The translations under genes and the position numbers were made by a program. This document shows, one piece after another, positions 35,302 to 44,677 of a stretch of DNA of 64,000 nucleotides. The notes below the pieces were generated by a model, which did not search any database, was not told where the DNA came from, and saw nothing but the letters and a program-made list of their open reading frames with translations. The DNA is from an uncultured Thiothrix sp. GTDB lineage: Bacteria > Pseudomonadota > Gammaproteobacteria > Thiotrichales > Thiotrichaceae. Location: positions 5,713 through 69,712 of the forward strand of contig NZ_CALMZC010000058.1 in NCBI RefSeq assembly GCF_937873765.1. The letters are read 5' to 3'. The first letter of the stretch is position 1; each line of letters opens with the position of its first letter.

Positions 35302-37197
35302 ATGATTGTTTTTTCTGAACTCTCTTTACGTCGTGGCCCCAAGGCTTTACTCGAAAGTACTTCTTTTAGCATTCACCCGGGACAAAAAGTCGGTTTGACC
35401 GGTGCTAATGGTGTAGGCAAGTCGAGCTTATTCGCTCTGATTCGCGGTGAACTGGGGCAAGACAGTGGTGTTTTTTCCATGCCCCCCGCTTGGGTGTTAG
35501 CGCATGTCAAGCAAGAAACCCCTTCTAGTACGCAAACCGCCTTAGAGTATGCCCTGCAAGGCGACGCGGAATATGTGAACTTACAAGTTCAGATCGCAGA
35601 GGCAGAGGGCGCACGCTTAGGTGAACTACATGCGCGCTTAGATGCCATTGATGGTTACACGGCTGAAAGTCGTGCGGCGACCTTGCTACATGGTTTAGGG
35701 TTTAAACCTGAAGAGATGCAGCGTCCGGTTTCGAGTTTTTCCGGTGGTTGGCGGATGCGTTTGAATCTGGCACAGGCTTTAATGTGTCGTTCCGATTTAT
35801 TGCTGCTTGATGAGCCGACTAATCATCTGGATTTGGATGCGGTGATTTGGCTGCAAGATTGGTTAAAAAGCTATCGTGGCACTTTGTTACTGATTTCGCA
35901 TGACCGTGAGTTTCTGGATGCGATTTGTACGCAAATTGCGCATATTGAACAAGCACGTTTGACTTTATACGGCGGTAATTATTCGACTTTTGAAATTACC
36001 CGTGCAGAAAAGCTTGCTCAGCAACAATCTGCTTATGAAAAGCAAAAGCGTGAACGTGAGCATATGCAGCGCTATGTCGATCGTTTCCGTGCCCAAGCCA
36101 CCAAAGCTCGTCAAGCTCAAAGCCGCTTAAAAGCCCTTGAGCGTATGGAGGTGATTGCTCCAGCGCATGTGGATTCACCCTTCAGTTTTAGCTTTCGTGA
36201 CCCTGAAAAAATGCCAGATCGTTTACTCAATCTGAGTGGGGTGAGCGTCGGCTACGGTGATAAAACCATTATTGCCCATGTGCGCTTACAGATTTTACCC
36301 GGTGAACGCATTGGTTTGATTGGCCCGAACGGTGCGGGCAAATCCACTTTAATTAAATTCCTTGCGGGTCAATTACCCGCTCAAGCAGGTGAATGCTGGC
36401 AAGCACAAGATTTAAAAGTGGGTTATTTTGCTCAGCATCAATTAGAGCAGCTCAAAATTGATCAATCACCTTTACAGCATTTGCGTGCCTTAGATAAGCA
36501 AGCACGTGAACAGGATTTGCGCAATTATCTCGGTGGCTTTGCCTTTCATGGCGAACGAGTGGATGAAGCGGTTGAGCCGTTTTCGGGTGGGGAAAAAGCG
36601 CGTCTCGCTTTAGCTTTATTGATTTATCAGCGTCCTAACTTGCTGTTGCTTGACGAACCTACCAACCATCTTGATTTAGACATGCGCCTAGCCCTAAGCA
36701 TGGCTTTGCAGGAGTTTAATGGCGCGATGGTGATTGTTTCGCATGATCGCCACATGTTGAAAACCGTCACTGATCAACTCATCTTAGTCGATAGTGGTAA
36801 GGCGACTGAGTTTGATGGTGATTTAGACGATTATGCAACATGGCTACAAAACCGCTTTCGCGACGAAGAAGCAGCTAGTAAACCGGCTGCAACCACTACG
36901 ACAGCCCATAGTGCGGCTGGACGCAAAGATCAACGTCGTGAGTCAGCAGAAAAGCGTAAGCAACTGCAGCCACTCAAGCGTAAAGTCGATCAACTTGAGC
37001 AAGAAATGAATAAGCTCCATCAGCAGAAAGTCAAATTGGAAGCCGTTTTAGCTGCTCCTGAAAGCTACACTGACACGAATAAAGCCAATTTAAAGCAATG
37101 GCTACTGGATAAAAGTGCCTTGGAAGAACGTTTAGAAACCGTTGAGCTGGAATGGATGACCTTAAGCGAGGAGTATGAAACCGCTTTAGCGGAGTAG
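35302..37197 (+). CDS. ABC-F family ATPase (YheS-like)
   Basis: Two ABC domains (GANGVGKS, FSGGWRMR, GPNGAGKS, FSGGEKAR), no TM segments, coiled-coil tail. Confidence 0.92.
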   Translation: MIVFSELSLRRGPKALLESTSFSIHPGQKVGLTGANGVGKSSLFALIRGELGQDSGVFSMPPAWVLAHVKQETPSSTQTALEYALQGDAEYVNLQVQIAEAEGARLGELHARLDAIDGYTAESRAATLLHGLGFKPEEMQRPVSSFSGGWRMRLNLAQALMCRSDLLLLDEPTNHLDLDAVIWLQDWLKSYRGTLLLISHDREFLDAICTQIAHIEQARLTLYGGNYSTFEITRAEKLAQQQSAYEKQKREREHMQRYVDRFRAQATKARQAQSRLKALERMEVIAPAHVDSPFSFSFRDPEKMPDRLLNLSGVSVGYGDKTIIAHVRLQILPGERIGLIGPNGAGKSTLIKFLAGQLPAQAGECWQAQDLKVGYFAQHQLEQLKIDQSPLQHLRALDKQAREQDLRNYLGGFAFHGERVDEAVEPFSGGEKARLALALLIYQRPNLLLLDEPTNHLDLDMRLALSMALQEFNGAMVIVSHDRHMLKTVTDQLILVDSGKATEFDGDLDDYATWLQNRFRDEEAASKPAATTTTAHSAAGRKDQRRESAEKRKQLQPLKRKVDQLEQEMNKLHQQKVKLEAVLAAPESYTDTNKANLKQWLLDKSALEERLETVELEWMTLSEEYETALAE

Positions 37198-37239
37198 TGG
37201 TTATGCTTACAGGGTCGCGTGAGTGTAAGCAGGCTGCTG

Positions 37240-37722
37240 ATGAACAACCCCTACAAGACCCCACAGGCTATCCTTCAGGATTTAAGCTATCAACCTTTAC
37301 CCCCGGCCTTAAAGACTTTGTATTGGCTAATGGGTTTGGCTTTTAGCTGTTCATTTATTTCTACCACGATAGGTTTTGTCAATGTCGTCAAAGCCGCTTC
37401 GTGGATTTTCCTTTTACCTTGGACGCAGCAATTGATGCTGTTAGGCTTAGCCGGTTCTGGGTATGCCTTATTATTCGCTTTCTATTACTTTTTAGTGTTT
37501 CGACCTTTGCAATTACGTAGGCGCACGACTAGCCGCTGGTGGTTGATTGCAGTTTTGATTTTAGCGCTTTTGTGGTTATGGTTTGTGCTACTGCCTGATG
37601 ATAATCCGCAGGTAGTAAGCTCTATGGTTGATGTAAGCTTAGCCGCTGCAGAAATTGGTTTATTGATACTCGGTGGTTTATTAGCAGCTCGACCGGCTGC
37701 TTTAGAGCATTTAACGAACTAG
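37240..37722 (+). CDS. Hypothetical 4-TM membrane protein, paralog 1
   Basis: 160 aa; NPYxxP start; aligns without gaps to the next ORF. Confidence 0.75.
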   Translation: MNNPYKTPQAILQDLSYQPLPPALKTLYWLMGLAFSCSFISTTIGFVNVVKAASWIFLLPWTQQLMLLGLAGSGYALLFAFYYFLVFRPLQLRRRTTSRWWLIAVLILALLWLWFVLLPDDNPQVVSSMVDVSLAAAEIGLLILGGLLAARPAALEHLTN

Positions 37723-37783
37723 TGATGTCGTGTACTTGAGTAATGGGCTATGCTTGATTAATCACTTAGCATAATTGATCAGC

Positions 37784-38266
37784 ATGAATAGTCTCTATGA
37801 ACCCCCGCGCTCTAAAGTTAAAGACTTAAATTACCGGCCATTGCCCTATTCTTTAAAACTACTGTACGGATTGATGAGCTTAGCTGTGCTATATTCCGTC
37901 TTGTTTACAACAATTAGCTTTATTGTAACCCTACAAAAAGAGCCTTGGATTCTAAGCTTATCGTGGGATGGTCTGTTCCTTTTTATAATAGCTCTTCTTG
38001 CATCTTATAGTTTCATTTTTGTTTTTTACTATTTTTTAGTATTTCGTCCTTTATATAAGCGCCGACGATCAACATACAAATGGTGGTTAAGTGCACTGTT
38101 AATCTTGTTAGGGCTTTGGATAGTTGTTTTATTATTCACTGCTGGGGTTAGTTCTGAAAAAGGCTTATTAATACAAAAGATATTAAGTGGTTTAGAGCCG
38201 ATATTTTTAGGCTTAGGCGTTATTCTTGCTGCTCGCCCGACTACTTTAGCGAATTTACCGAATTAA
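37784..38266 (+). CDS. Hypothetical 4-TM membrane protein, paralog 2
   Basis: 160 aa; shares FYYFLVFRPLxxRRRxTxxWWL and LAARP with paralog 1. Confidence 0.75.
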   Translation: MNSLYEPPRSKVKDLNYRPLPYSLKLLYGLMSLAVLYSVLFTTISFIVTLQKEPWILSLSWDGLFLFIIALLASYSFIFVFYYFLVFRPLYKRRRSTYKWWLSALLILLGLWIVVLLFTAGVSSEKGLLIQKILSGLEPIFLGLGVILAARPTTLANLPN

Positions 38267-39159
38267 ACCGCTGCCCATAATTCATATTGTTCAGATGAGA
38301 GCTTGAGCAGTGCGCATAACGCTTGTAAACGCGCTAAATCTTTGGGTTTGCGCGTTAAATCGGTGGGTGCTTCTGGGACTTGACAATTAATCGTGGTGAG
38401 TTGTCGAGCTAAGCGAATGGTATCCTGATGTTGAGTGACGAGCTGCTGCAAACGCTTTGCACCTAAAACTTGCATACTGCCAATTTGCTCAAGATTTGCC
38501 AGCATATTATCCAAAGAACCGAAGCGCTTCAGCAGCTTAGCCGCAGTTGACATACCCACTCCCGGCACACCCGGAATATTATCGGCTTTGTCGCCAGCAA
38601 TCGCGAGTTGGTCAGCAATTTGCTCAGGCCAAACTCCAAAGCTATCTTTGACCCCACCCGCATGCAGAGCACCACGCCGGTTATAATCCCACCAAATATC
38701 TTCCGCTTTTAGTAATTGTGCGAGATCTTTATCACCACTAACAATGATGATTTGTCGGTGTGGATTGCGGTTTTGTGCTGCCCAAGTGCCGATTAGATCA
38801 TCGGCCTCATGCGTGGTGCTTGCTGCTTGCGTAATGCCTAAGGCATCTAAAAAATCACGGCAACACTGAAATTGATATTTCAATTCATCAGGTGCTGAGC
38901 TGCGGTTGGCCTTGTATTCTGGGTAAATCGTTTTACGCTCTGAGCTTTGCAGGCTAGTGTCAAAAGCGAACCCAATCTGCTGTGGTTTTTGTTCATGCAA
39001 TAGGTGATATACAAAACGCAAAAAGCCATGTACTGCATTGACAGGATTACCAGCCTTATCCTTAGGAAAGGGGTTACGGATAAACCAAGCACGGAAAACA
39101 AAAATACTCGCATCAATGAGCCAAATGCGCTCGAGTGAAACCTGTAAAGAGTTGGGCAT
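38263..39159 (-). CDS. Stand-alone 5'-3' exonuclease/flap endonuclease (PolA N-terminal-like)
   Basis: LIDASIFVFRAWF, HEADDLIGT, SGDKDLAQL, GDKADNIPGVPGVG. Confidence 0.88.
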   Translation of the reverse strand: MPNSLQVSLERIWLIDASIFVFRAWFIRNPFPKDKAGNPVNAVHGFLRFVYHLLHEQKPQQIGFAFDTSLQSSERKTIYPEYKANRSSAPDELKYQFQCCRDFLDALGITQAASTTHEADDLIGTWAAQNRNPHRQIIIVSGDKDLAQLLKAEDIWWDYNRRGALHAGGVKDSFGVWPEQIADQLAIAGDKADNIPGVPGVGMSTAAKLLKRFGSLDNMLANLEQIGSMQVLGAKRLQQLVTQHQDTIRLARQLTTINCQVPEAPTDLTRKPKDLARLQALCALLKLSSEQYELWAAV

Positions 39160-39193
39160 ACTGAGGTATAGTTTATAAAAGCTTAAGCATAGC

Positions 39194-39219
39194 AAACCAC
39201 CGTAAACATACGGTGGTTT
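39194..39219. terminator. Perfect 11-bp hairpin (terminator or stabiliser)
   Basis: AAACCACCGTA-AACA-TACGGTGGTTT. Confidence 0.55.
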
Positions 39220-39228
39220 AATGAAAGA

Positions 39229-39413
39229 AATCCTTTACCTTAAAAGCCTTGGCTTGGGAGCATCCGCTGTTGGTATGAGGCTGAAACGTTTTTTTATAAT
39301 TCCGGTAAAGGATTCGGGCATTTTCCGGTTGTTGAACTTCACTTGAACTAGCTAGTCCTTTAGGTTCAAGCCTCGTTCATCATCTGTTCAGTATTGTATA
39401 TAGCCGCTTTACC
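39229..39413. ncRNA. Candidate structured RNA in the exonuclease/DUF1131 intergenic region
   Basis: Rod-like fold at 39304-39413 with an alternative pairing to 39229-39239. Confidence 0.35.
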
Positions 39414-39602
39414 TTTAAGCTGGGCAGTTGCTGTAATATAAGGTGGTAGTTAACCGACGAACGGTAAGCATGTTGATTTAATTCGCAATTTTTTTAAGTT
39501 ATTTTTAGTTTTAAGGCTATGCTTTAAAAATGGACAGCAGACTGCTTCAGAACAGGGTATTTTGATAGCTGGCAGGAATCAAAAGGGCAAGGAGCTTGCA
39601 GT

Positions 39603-40205
39603 ATGAAGGTTAAATCGCTGTATCACTTAGCTGCGTTAATGTTAGGAGCGAGTCATTTGGCTGCCTGTAGCAGTCGTGAGGATGTGCAGGCTTCCATCGT
39701 TGAAAATGTACCGACGCCCGCGTTTATGCTCTCAGAAGACGGTGTTGGACCCTTAAATGCCGATACGCCGTTTAATCTAGTGCGCATTGGTGATGCTTTC
39801 CAAAACTATAATGTGGCCGAAGAAACTCCACTGAATGGTGGTGAAGACAATCGCATCATTACGGTTAAGGAACAAGTTAAGCCTGTCTTAACTATTAATC
39901 CAGACTTCCAACAAAAACGCATTTTCTCAGTGATCGTGCATGACAACTTGGTGGGCAATAAACTAGGCCATACTTTGGGCACTAGATTCTCTGAAATTTA
40001 TACGCCACAAACCCTTGAACAATGTGCGCCGGGTGTCGATGACTGGGCAGGGAAAGTAATGTGTTATGCACCGAAAAATACCCGCATTTTGTATTTATTC
40101 AGCGGGACTAGCCCTAAGATAACGGACAAAGTACCGACTCCTGCAGAAATGCAAGATTGGGTTTTAGAAGAGTTTGTTTGGAAAGCACCCACAAAACAAC
40201 CCTAG
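39603..40205 (+). CDS. DUF1131 (YfeY-like) lipoprotein
   Basis: Lipobox LAAC; GVGPLNADTPF; CYAP...ILYLFSG. Confidence 0.7.
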   Translation: MKVKSLYHLAALMLGASHLAACSSREDVQASIVENVPTPAFMLSEDGVGPLNADTPFNLVRIGDAFQNYNVAEETPLNGGEDNRIITVKEQVKPVLTINPDFQQKRIFSVIVHDNLVGNKLGHTLGTRFSEIYTPQTLEQCAPGVDDWAGKVMCYAPKNTRILYLFSGTSPKITDKVPTPAEMQDWVLEEFVWKAPTKQP

Positions 40206-40209
40206 CGGC

Positions 40210-40236
40210 TTGCTCCTAAGCTGAACTTAGGAGCAA
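40210..40236. terminator. Hairpin between convergent genes
   Basis: TTGCTCCTAAG-CTGAA-CTTAGGAGCAA. Confidence 0.7.
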
Positions 40237-40253
40237 ATAACTCTAGATATGTC

Positions 40254-40520
40254 TTAAGCTGGTTTGTAATTATCGATCTTAGTCGCACCTGCACCGAAGA
40301 AGAATTTTTCCATTTCTTCTTCAAGAAACTTACGATCTTTTGGATTAATTGGGCTTAAGCGATATTCATTTAAGAGCATAGTTTGTTGACGTAACCATTG
40401 TTGCCAAGCCTCCTTCGAGACATTTTCATAAACACGCTTGCCTAAATCTCCGGGATAGGTTAGGCGATCTAAACCTTCTGCTTCGCGGCCTAAGAGTACG
40501 CAATTTACCATTCGAGTCAT
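40254..40520 (-). CDS. yggX: Fe-S cluster/oxidative damage protection protein YggX
   Basis: MTRMVNCVLLG, SKEAWQQW, LLNEYRL; follows mutY. Confidence 0.95.
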   Translation of the reverse strand: MTRMVNCVLLGREAEGLDRLTYPGDLGKRVYENVSKEAWQQWLRQQTMLLNEYRLSPINPKDRKFLEEEMEKFFFGAGATKIDNYKPA

Positions 40521-41566
40521 ACTTCCTCCGTTAAGTGCTTTAAAAGACGTTGAGCTGCGCTAGACAGCCCACCGCTAAATTCAGTACCGGCTTTATACCA
40601 AAGCCAGCTATCCCTATCCATTATTCTATCAGTGGCTGCGTGTAAATCCTGCACATCGACTAACAAAGGCTTTAAGTGCAAAGTAAAATGTGAAAAGCTA
40701 TGTGTGATGGTAGGTAAGCTGGCAATTGCTAAGGGTTGGGTCGTCACAGTGGCTAAAGCGGTTTGTTCGTCAGGAAACTCTGGAAAACTCCATAATCCAC
40801 CCCAAATGCCAGTGGGTGGACGTTTCTCTAAAGCAATTTCGCCCTCAGCATTTCTGAGCATTAAAGCCACGGCTTGTTTTTCAGGTAAGTCTTTAGCAGG
40901 GTGTGGGGCAGGATAGGCTTCAGGCCTACCTAGCTTAAAGGCTTGGCAATCGGTTTGAATCGGGCATAGTAAACAGGCAGGATTGCTGCGCGTACACAAG
41001 GTTGCGCCCAGATCCATCATTGCTTGAGTATAAGCGGCATTCCGTTCTGGTGGTACATGCTGTTCTGCATGAGCCCAGAGTTGCTTCTGTACCGCTGACT
41101 GCCCCGGATAACCTTCCACCGCATGATAGCGTGCTAACACGCGCTTCACATTGCCATCTAAAATCGCCTGTGCCTGATTAAATGCTAAGGAGAGAATTGC
41201 ACCTGCTGTAGAGCGTCCAATGCCCGGTAAAGCTTCAACTCCCGCTAAAGTAGTGGGAAATTCACCAGCATGCTGAGTACAAATAAGTTGGGCTGCTTTG
41301 TGTAAATTGCGAGCACGGGTGTAATAGCCTAAGCCTTCCCAATGCTTGAGCACCGCATCAGACGAAGCATTCGCTAAACTTTGAATATCAGGAAAGCTTT
41401 GCATAAAGCGCTGATAGTAGGGAATAACCGTAGTCACTTGCGTCTGCTGCAGCATGATCTCAGAAATCCAGACGCGATACGGCGTGGGATTATGTTGCCA
41501 AGGCAAATGCCTGCGACCGTTCTGATCAAACCACGTCAATACTTTATCTGCAAAGCTTTCAAGCAC
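40517..41566 (-). CDS. mutY: A/G-specific adenine glycosylase
   Basis: WISEIMLQQTQV, GLGYYTRARNL, LPGIGRSTAGA, C-x6-C-x2-C-x5-C. Confidence 0.97.
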   Translation of the reverse strand: MLESFADKVLTWFDQNGRRHLPWQHNPTPYRVWISEIMLQQTQVTTVIPYYQRFMQSFPDIQSLANASSDAVLKHWEGLGYYTRARNLHKAAQLICTQHAGEFPTTLAGVEALPGIGRSTAGAILSLAFNQAQAILDGNVKRVLARYHAVEGYPGQSAVQKQLWAHAEQHVPPERNAAYTQAMMDLGATLCTRSNPACLLCPIQTDCQAFKLGRPEAYPAPHPAKDLPEKQAVALMLRNAEGEIALEKRPPTGIWGGLWSFPEFPDEQTALATVTTQPLAIASLPTITHSFSHFTLHLKPLLVDVQDLHAATDRIMDRDSWLWYKAGTEFSGGLSSAAQRLLKHLTEEV

Positions 41567-41734
41567 TGATACTACCCATCTAAAGATGCAAAAACCTAGG
41601 ATAGTGAAATTCTGGGCAGATGTATAAATCCCCTAAGCTCTCCATCAGCTTTCCGTGAAACTAAGCGGTTCTTAGCCTAGATGATTGTTGTCTGTAGAAA
41701 AACACTCTACAATAGCGCTCCTACTCACACGAGT

Positions 41735-41808
41735 GCGGGTGTAGTTCAATGGTAGAACGGCAGCTTCCCAAGCTTCATACGAGGGTTCGATTCCCTTCAC
41801 CCGCTCCA
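41735..41808 (+). tRNA. tRNA-Gly (CCC)
   Basis: GCGGGTG acceptor stem, TT-CCC-AA anticodon loop, GGTTCGATTCC T-arm, encoded CCA. Confidence 0.96.
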
Positions 41809-41836
41809 AATACTCATTTCAAGCCTTACCTTATCA

Positions 41837-41998
41837 GTGAAAACCTTCAGCCGCAGTGTAGGGATGGAGTGTGGTTTATTCGATGAGCTTGTTGATGTTT
41901 TGGCTCAAGCGGAAGCGGCTAAGAAGAAATGTGGCCGTCCGAGTTTAAGTCTAGAGAATCAACTGTGCCTGACATTGAGCTATTGGCGCGAATGTTGA
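41837..41998 (+). mobile_element. IS5-family (ISL2/IS702-like) transposase N-terminal remnant
   Basis: KTFSRSVGMECGLFDELVDVL...KKKCGRPSLSLENQLCLTLSYWRE then stop; resembles the GRPxxLSLExQLxxTLxYWRE HTH segment. Confidence 0.65.
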
Positions 41999-42002
41999 AC
42001 AC

Positions 42003-42137
42003 GCTGTGTCCTATGAGACTGTGCGTAATGACTTAATAGTACTAGCTAATAAGTTGAAGCTGCTGGATAAGTTCAAGAGTGGGCATGAGTATGTGTTGAT
42101 ATCATCGGCTCATTTACTAGAGCGAATTCAACAGTAA
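42003..42137 (+). pseudogene. Possible C-terminal remnant of a Fic-family protein (HTH tail)
   Basis: AVSYETVRNDLIVLANKLKLLDKFKSGHEYVLISSAHLLERIQQ; no start codon; similarity recalled, not computed. Confidence 0.35.
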
Positions 42138-42241
42138 GCAGGTTAAAAAGGGTAGATTAGCGGGTACATTATTAAATTTCTATTTCTATAATTTAATCAA
42201 TATCTTATGTTTATGTGTTGATTTTCTTCACTGTCTTAGCC

Positions 42242-43132
42242 ATGAATTTTACACAAGCCTTTATTACTAGTTTAGTATTGATTAATCTAATAGCTTGCTC
42301 TAGTCAAGTAAGCCCCATAAAGGCTTGGGCTGAGTTCTGGCATCCTATGCCTCAGCGCTATGTAAACACAGTTATTCAGCGTTTAACAGCCACTGGTTTA
42401 CCTATGCAGTCATTAGGTAGTGTGCACTATGCACAACAAACCTTTCCGTTAAAAGTTGTGCGGGTGCAACGAGTGGCCAAACAAGCGCCCGTTTGTATTT
42501 TTGCGGGGGTGCATGGCAATGAAATTGCGGGTACTGAAGCGGCCTTATCGTTAATTGATGATCTAGCTAGAGATAGCAGCCTTTATCCGCAAACGAATTT
42601 TGCCATTCTACCACTCGTCAATCCTTGGGGTTGGGAGCATGGCTTTCGTTATAACTATGAGGGGCAGGATATAGCCCGTAATTTTGCATTGCAAGGCACG
42701 CAAGAAACTGTTTTGGTAAAGCAATTATTGGCCAAAGAGAGTTGCCGTTTGGTCGTGGATTTGCATGAAGATAGCCAGCACTCGGGCTTTTATTTGCTCA
42801 CTTATGCGAACCCTGATCCTAGTTTTACGCCAAGGTTAGTACAACAGCTAGCTAAGGCATTAGGGGTGGAGGTCGCAAAACAAGTACCGCAAGGGGTGTA
42901 TCAAGTAGCGGCGGAGGATTTTGCTACTAACCCACGTCCGACTCTTTCCCAATATGCCCGTGAACAAGGTGTGGAGCAGACTTATATTATTGAGACGCCC
43001 ATGCAATTAGCCCTTGAGCAACGGGTGAGTATCCATCGAAAGGTTTTAGATAAATTACTCACTCAGCTACCTTCTCATACAAGGCATTTAGCTCCTTGTG
43101 AAAATAGAGGCGCGCTGCTTGAAACCTTCTGA
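42242..43132 (+). CDS. M14-like zinc carboxypeptidase/deacylase, probably a lipoprotein
   Basis: LIAC lipobox-like motif; GVHGNE, VNPWG, DIARNF, DLHED, IETP. Confidence 0.75.
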   Translation: MNFTQAFITSLVLINLIACSSQVSPIKAWAEFWHPMPQRYVNTVIQRLTATGLPMQSLGSVHYAQQTFPLKVVRVQRVAKQAPVCIFAGVHGNEIAGTEAALSLIDDLARDSSLYPQTNFAILPLVNPWGWEHGFRYNYEGQDIARNFALQGTQETVLVKQLLAKESCRLVVDLHEDSQHSGFYLLTYANPDPSFTPRLVQQLAKALGVEVAKQVPQGVYQVAAEDFATNPRPTLSQYAREQGVEQTYIIETPMQLALEQRVSIHRKVLDKLLTQLPSHTRHLAPCENRGALLETF

Positions 43133-43135
43133 GCT

Positions 43136-43909
43136 CTAAAAGCGCAAGTGCTTAACTGACAGGCCGTTATTAATCAATTCGTTGAGTGAGTCGATACCAA
43201 TACGTAAATGCTGCTCAACAAAATCGGCACTTACTTTTTTATCGCTGGCTTCAGTTTTAACACCTTCGGGTTCCATTGGGCGATCTGAAACTAGCAATAA
43301 AGCCCCAACAGGAATTTCATTGAAGAATCCAGCACTAAAAATAGTCGCGGTTTCCATATCAATCGCCATACAGCGGATACTTTTTAAATAGGCTTTGAAA
43401 GTATCGTCATGTTCCCAAACGCGGCGATTCGTGGTGTACACCGTTCCTGTCCAATATTCGCGTTGGTATTTGCGCGAAATGGTGGTGGAAACGGCTTTTT
43501 GCAAACTAAACGCCGGTAAGGCGGGTACTTCGCTTGGGAAGTAATCGCTAGAAGTACCTTCACCGCGAATCGCAGCAATCGGCAGGATTAAATCACCGAG
43601 CTGATTCTTCTTTTTTAGGCCGCCACATTTGCCTAAGAACAGTACTGCTTTAGGGTGTACCGCACTTAATAAATCCAGAATCGTGGCTGCATTGGGGCTA
43701 CCCATGCCAAAATTAATAATCGTAATATTATTCGCGGTCGCATTCGGCATACTGCGGTCAGCCCCAAGCATGGGCACATTATGCCAGCGAGCAAAAATTT
43801 CCACGTATTGATTGAAATTGACCAACAGAATATATTGCCCAATGCTTTCTGGAGTTAAGCCGGTATAGCGAGGTAGCCAATTAGCCACAATCTCTTGTTT
43901 AGTGCGCAT
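43136..43909 (-). CDS. amn: AMP nucleosidase, short form
   Basis: NWLPRYTG, NFGMGSPNAAT, FLGKCGGL, IDMETAT, LLLVSD. Confidence 0.9.
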   Translation of the reverse strand: MRTKQEIVANWLPRYTGLTPESIGQYILLVNFNQYVEIFARWHNVPMLGADRSMPNATANNITIINFGMGSPNAATILDLLSAVHPKAVLFLGKCGGLKKKNQLGDLILPIAAIRGEGTSSDYFPSEVPALPAFSLQKAVSTTISRKYQREYWTGTVYTTNRRVWEHDDTFKAYLKSIRCMAIDMETATIFSAGFFNEIPVGALLLVSDRPMEPEGVKTEASDKKVSADFVEQHLRIGIDSLNELINNGLSVKHLRF

Positions 43910-44027
43910 ACGATGTTCGTCCTTATTGTTATTAGCGGAACCTGTCTGTGATGCAGGCTTTTAAATAGAGGAAGGAGATAATAATCTTCTTAGAAAGTTC
44001 CTATCTTTCTAGCCTCAAAGTCTAAAT

Positions 44028-44573
44028 TTAAGCAGCTTGCATGAGTTTGGCAAGTAATGTTTGTCCTTGCTCCCAAGCACCTAAACCGCTGCTGGCATTA
44101 ATATGCCCATAGTCACCGATCACGGCTAACTCACTACCCCAAGCCTGTGCGCAGTGCTGCATGTATGCTGCTGAACCATAAGGATCATTCGTACTGCAAA
44201 CTATAATACTTTTGAATGGCAGAGGCTGCATCGGTGTCTGTTCATAACCTTTAGCATCCTTGGGAAAATTGGTTCCTTGTGGATCAGGCACAGAGACTAA
44301 TAAAGCGCCTTGAAGGTGTTGCTGTGTTTGTGCTGACCAATGAGCGACTGTTAAACAGCCTAAGCTGTGAGCAACTAGAATCACAGGTTGAGTTTGTTGT
44401 TGGACAGCTTGTTCAAGCGTTGCTACCCATTCAGTGCAACTGGGGTGATCCCAGTCACGTTGTTGTACGCGGGTGGCATTAGGGAAGATTGCTTCCCAAC
44501 GAGTTTGCCAGTGATCTGCATCGGAATTGTAGATGCCGGGGAGGACGAGAAGCTGGGGAGTACGGGTTTGCAT
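44028..44573 (-). CDS. RBBP9/YdeN family alpha/beta hydrolase
   Basis: PGIYNSDADHWQTRWE, AHSLGC, STNDPY, GHIN. Confidence 0.9.
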   Translation of the reverse strand: MQTRTPQLLVLPGIYNSDADHWQTRWEAIFPNATRVQQRDWDHPSCTEWVATLEQAVQQQTQPVILVAHSLGCLTVAHWSAQTQQHLQGALLVSVPDPQGTNFPKDAKGYEQTPMQPLPFKSIIVCSTNDPYGSAAYMQHCAQAWGSELAVIGDYGHINASSGLGAWEQGQTLLAKLMQAA

Positions 44574-44677
44574 GATTGGTATCCGCTTAACTTTTCAGAG
44601 TAGTCTAACTGAAAGCTTGTAAAAGTAGTTATGCTATTATAGTTCAATGAGCTTATGTATTTTTTAGGTGGTTGTTC

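Noticed and set aside
39304-39413. 6S RNA call
   Set aside because: CTTGAAC/GTTCAAG recalls 6S, but the rod is shorter than typical, other conserved segments are missing or out of order, and zapA/ygfA are not adjacent.
39414-39471. Short minus-strand ORF MLTVRRLTTTLYYSNCPA as a type I toxin or leader peptide
   Set aside because: Not hydrophobic, no RBS, and no informative codon run.
41735-41808. tRNA pseudogene because of a C-U mismatch in the anticodon stem
   Set aside because: A single mismatch is commonly tolerated, and all other arms and the CCA end are intact.
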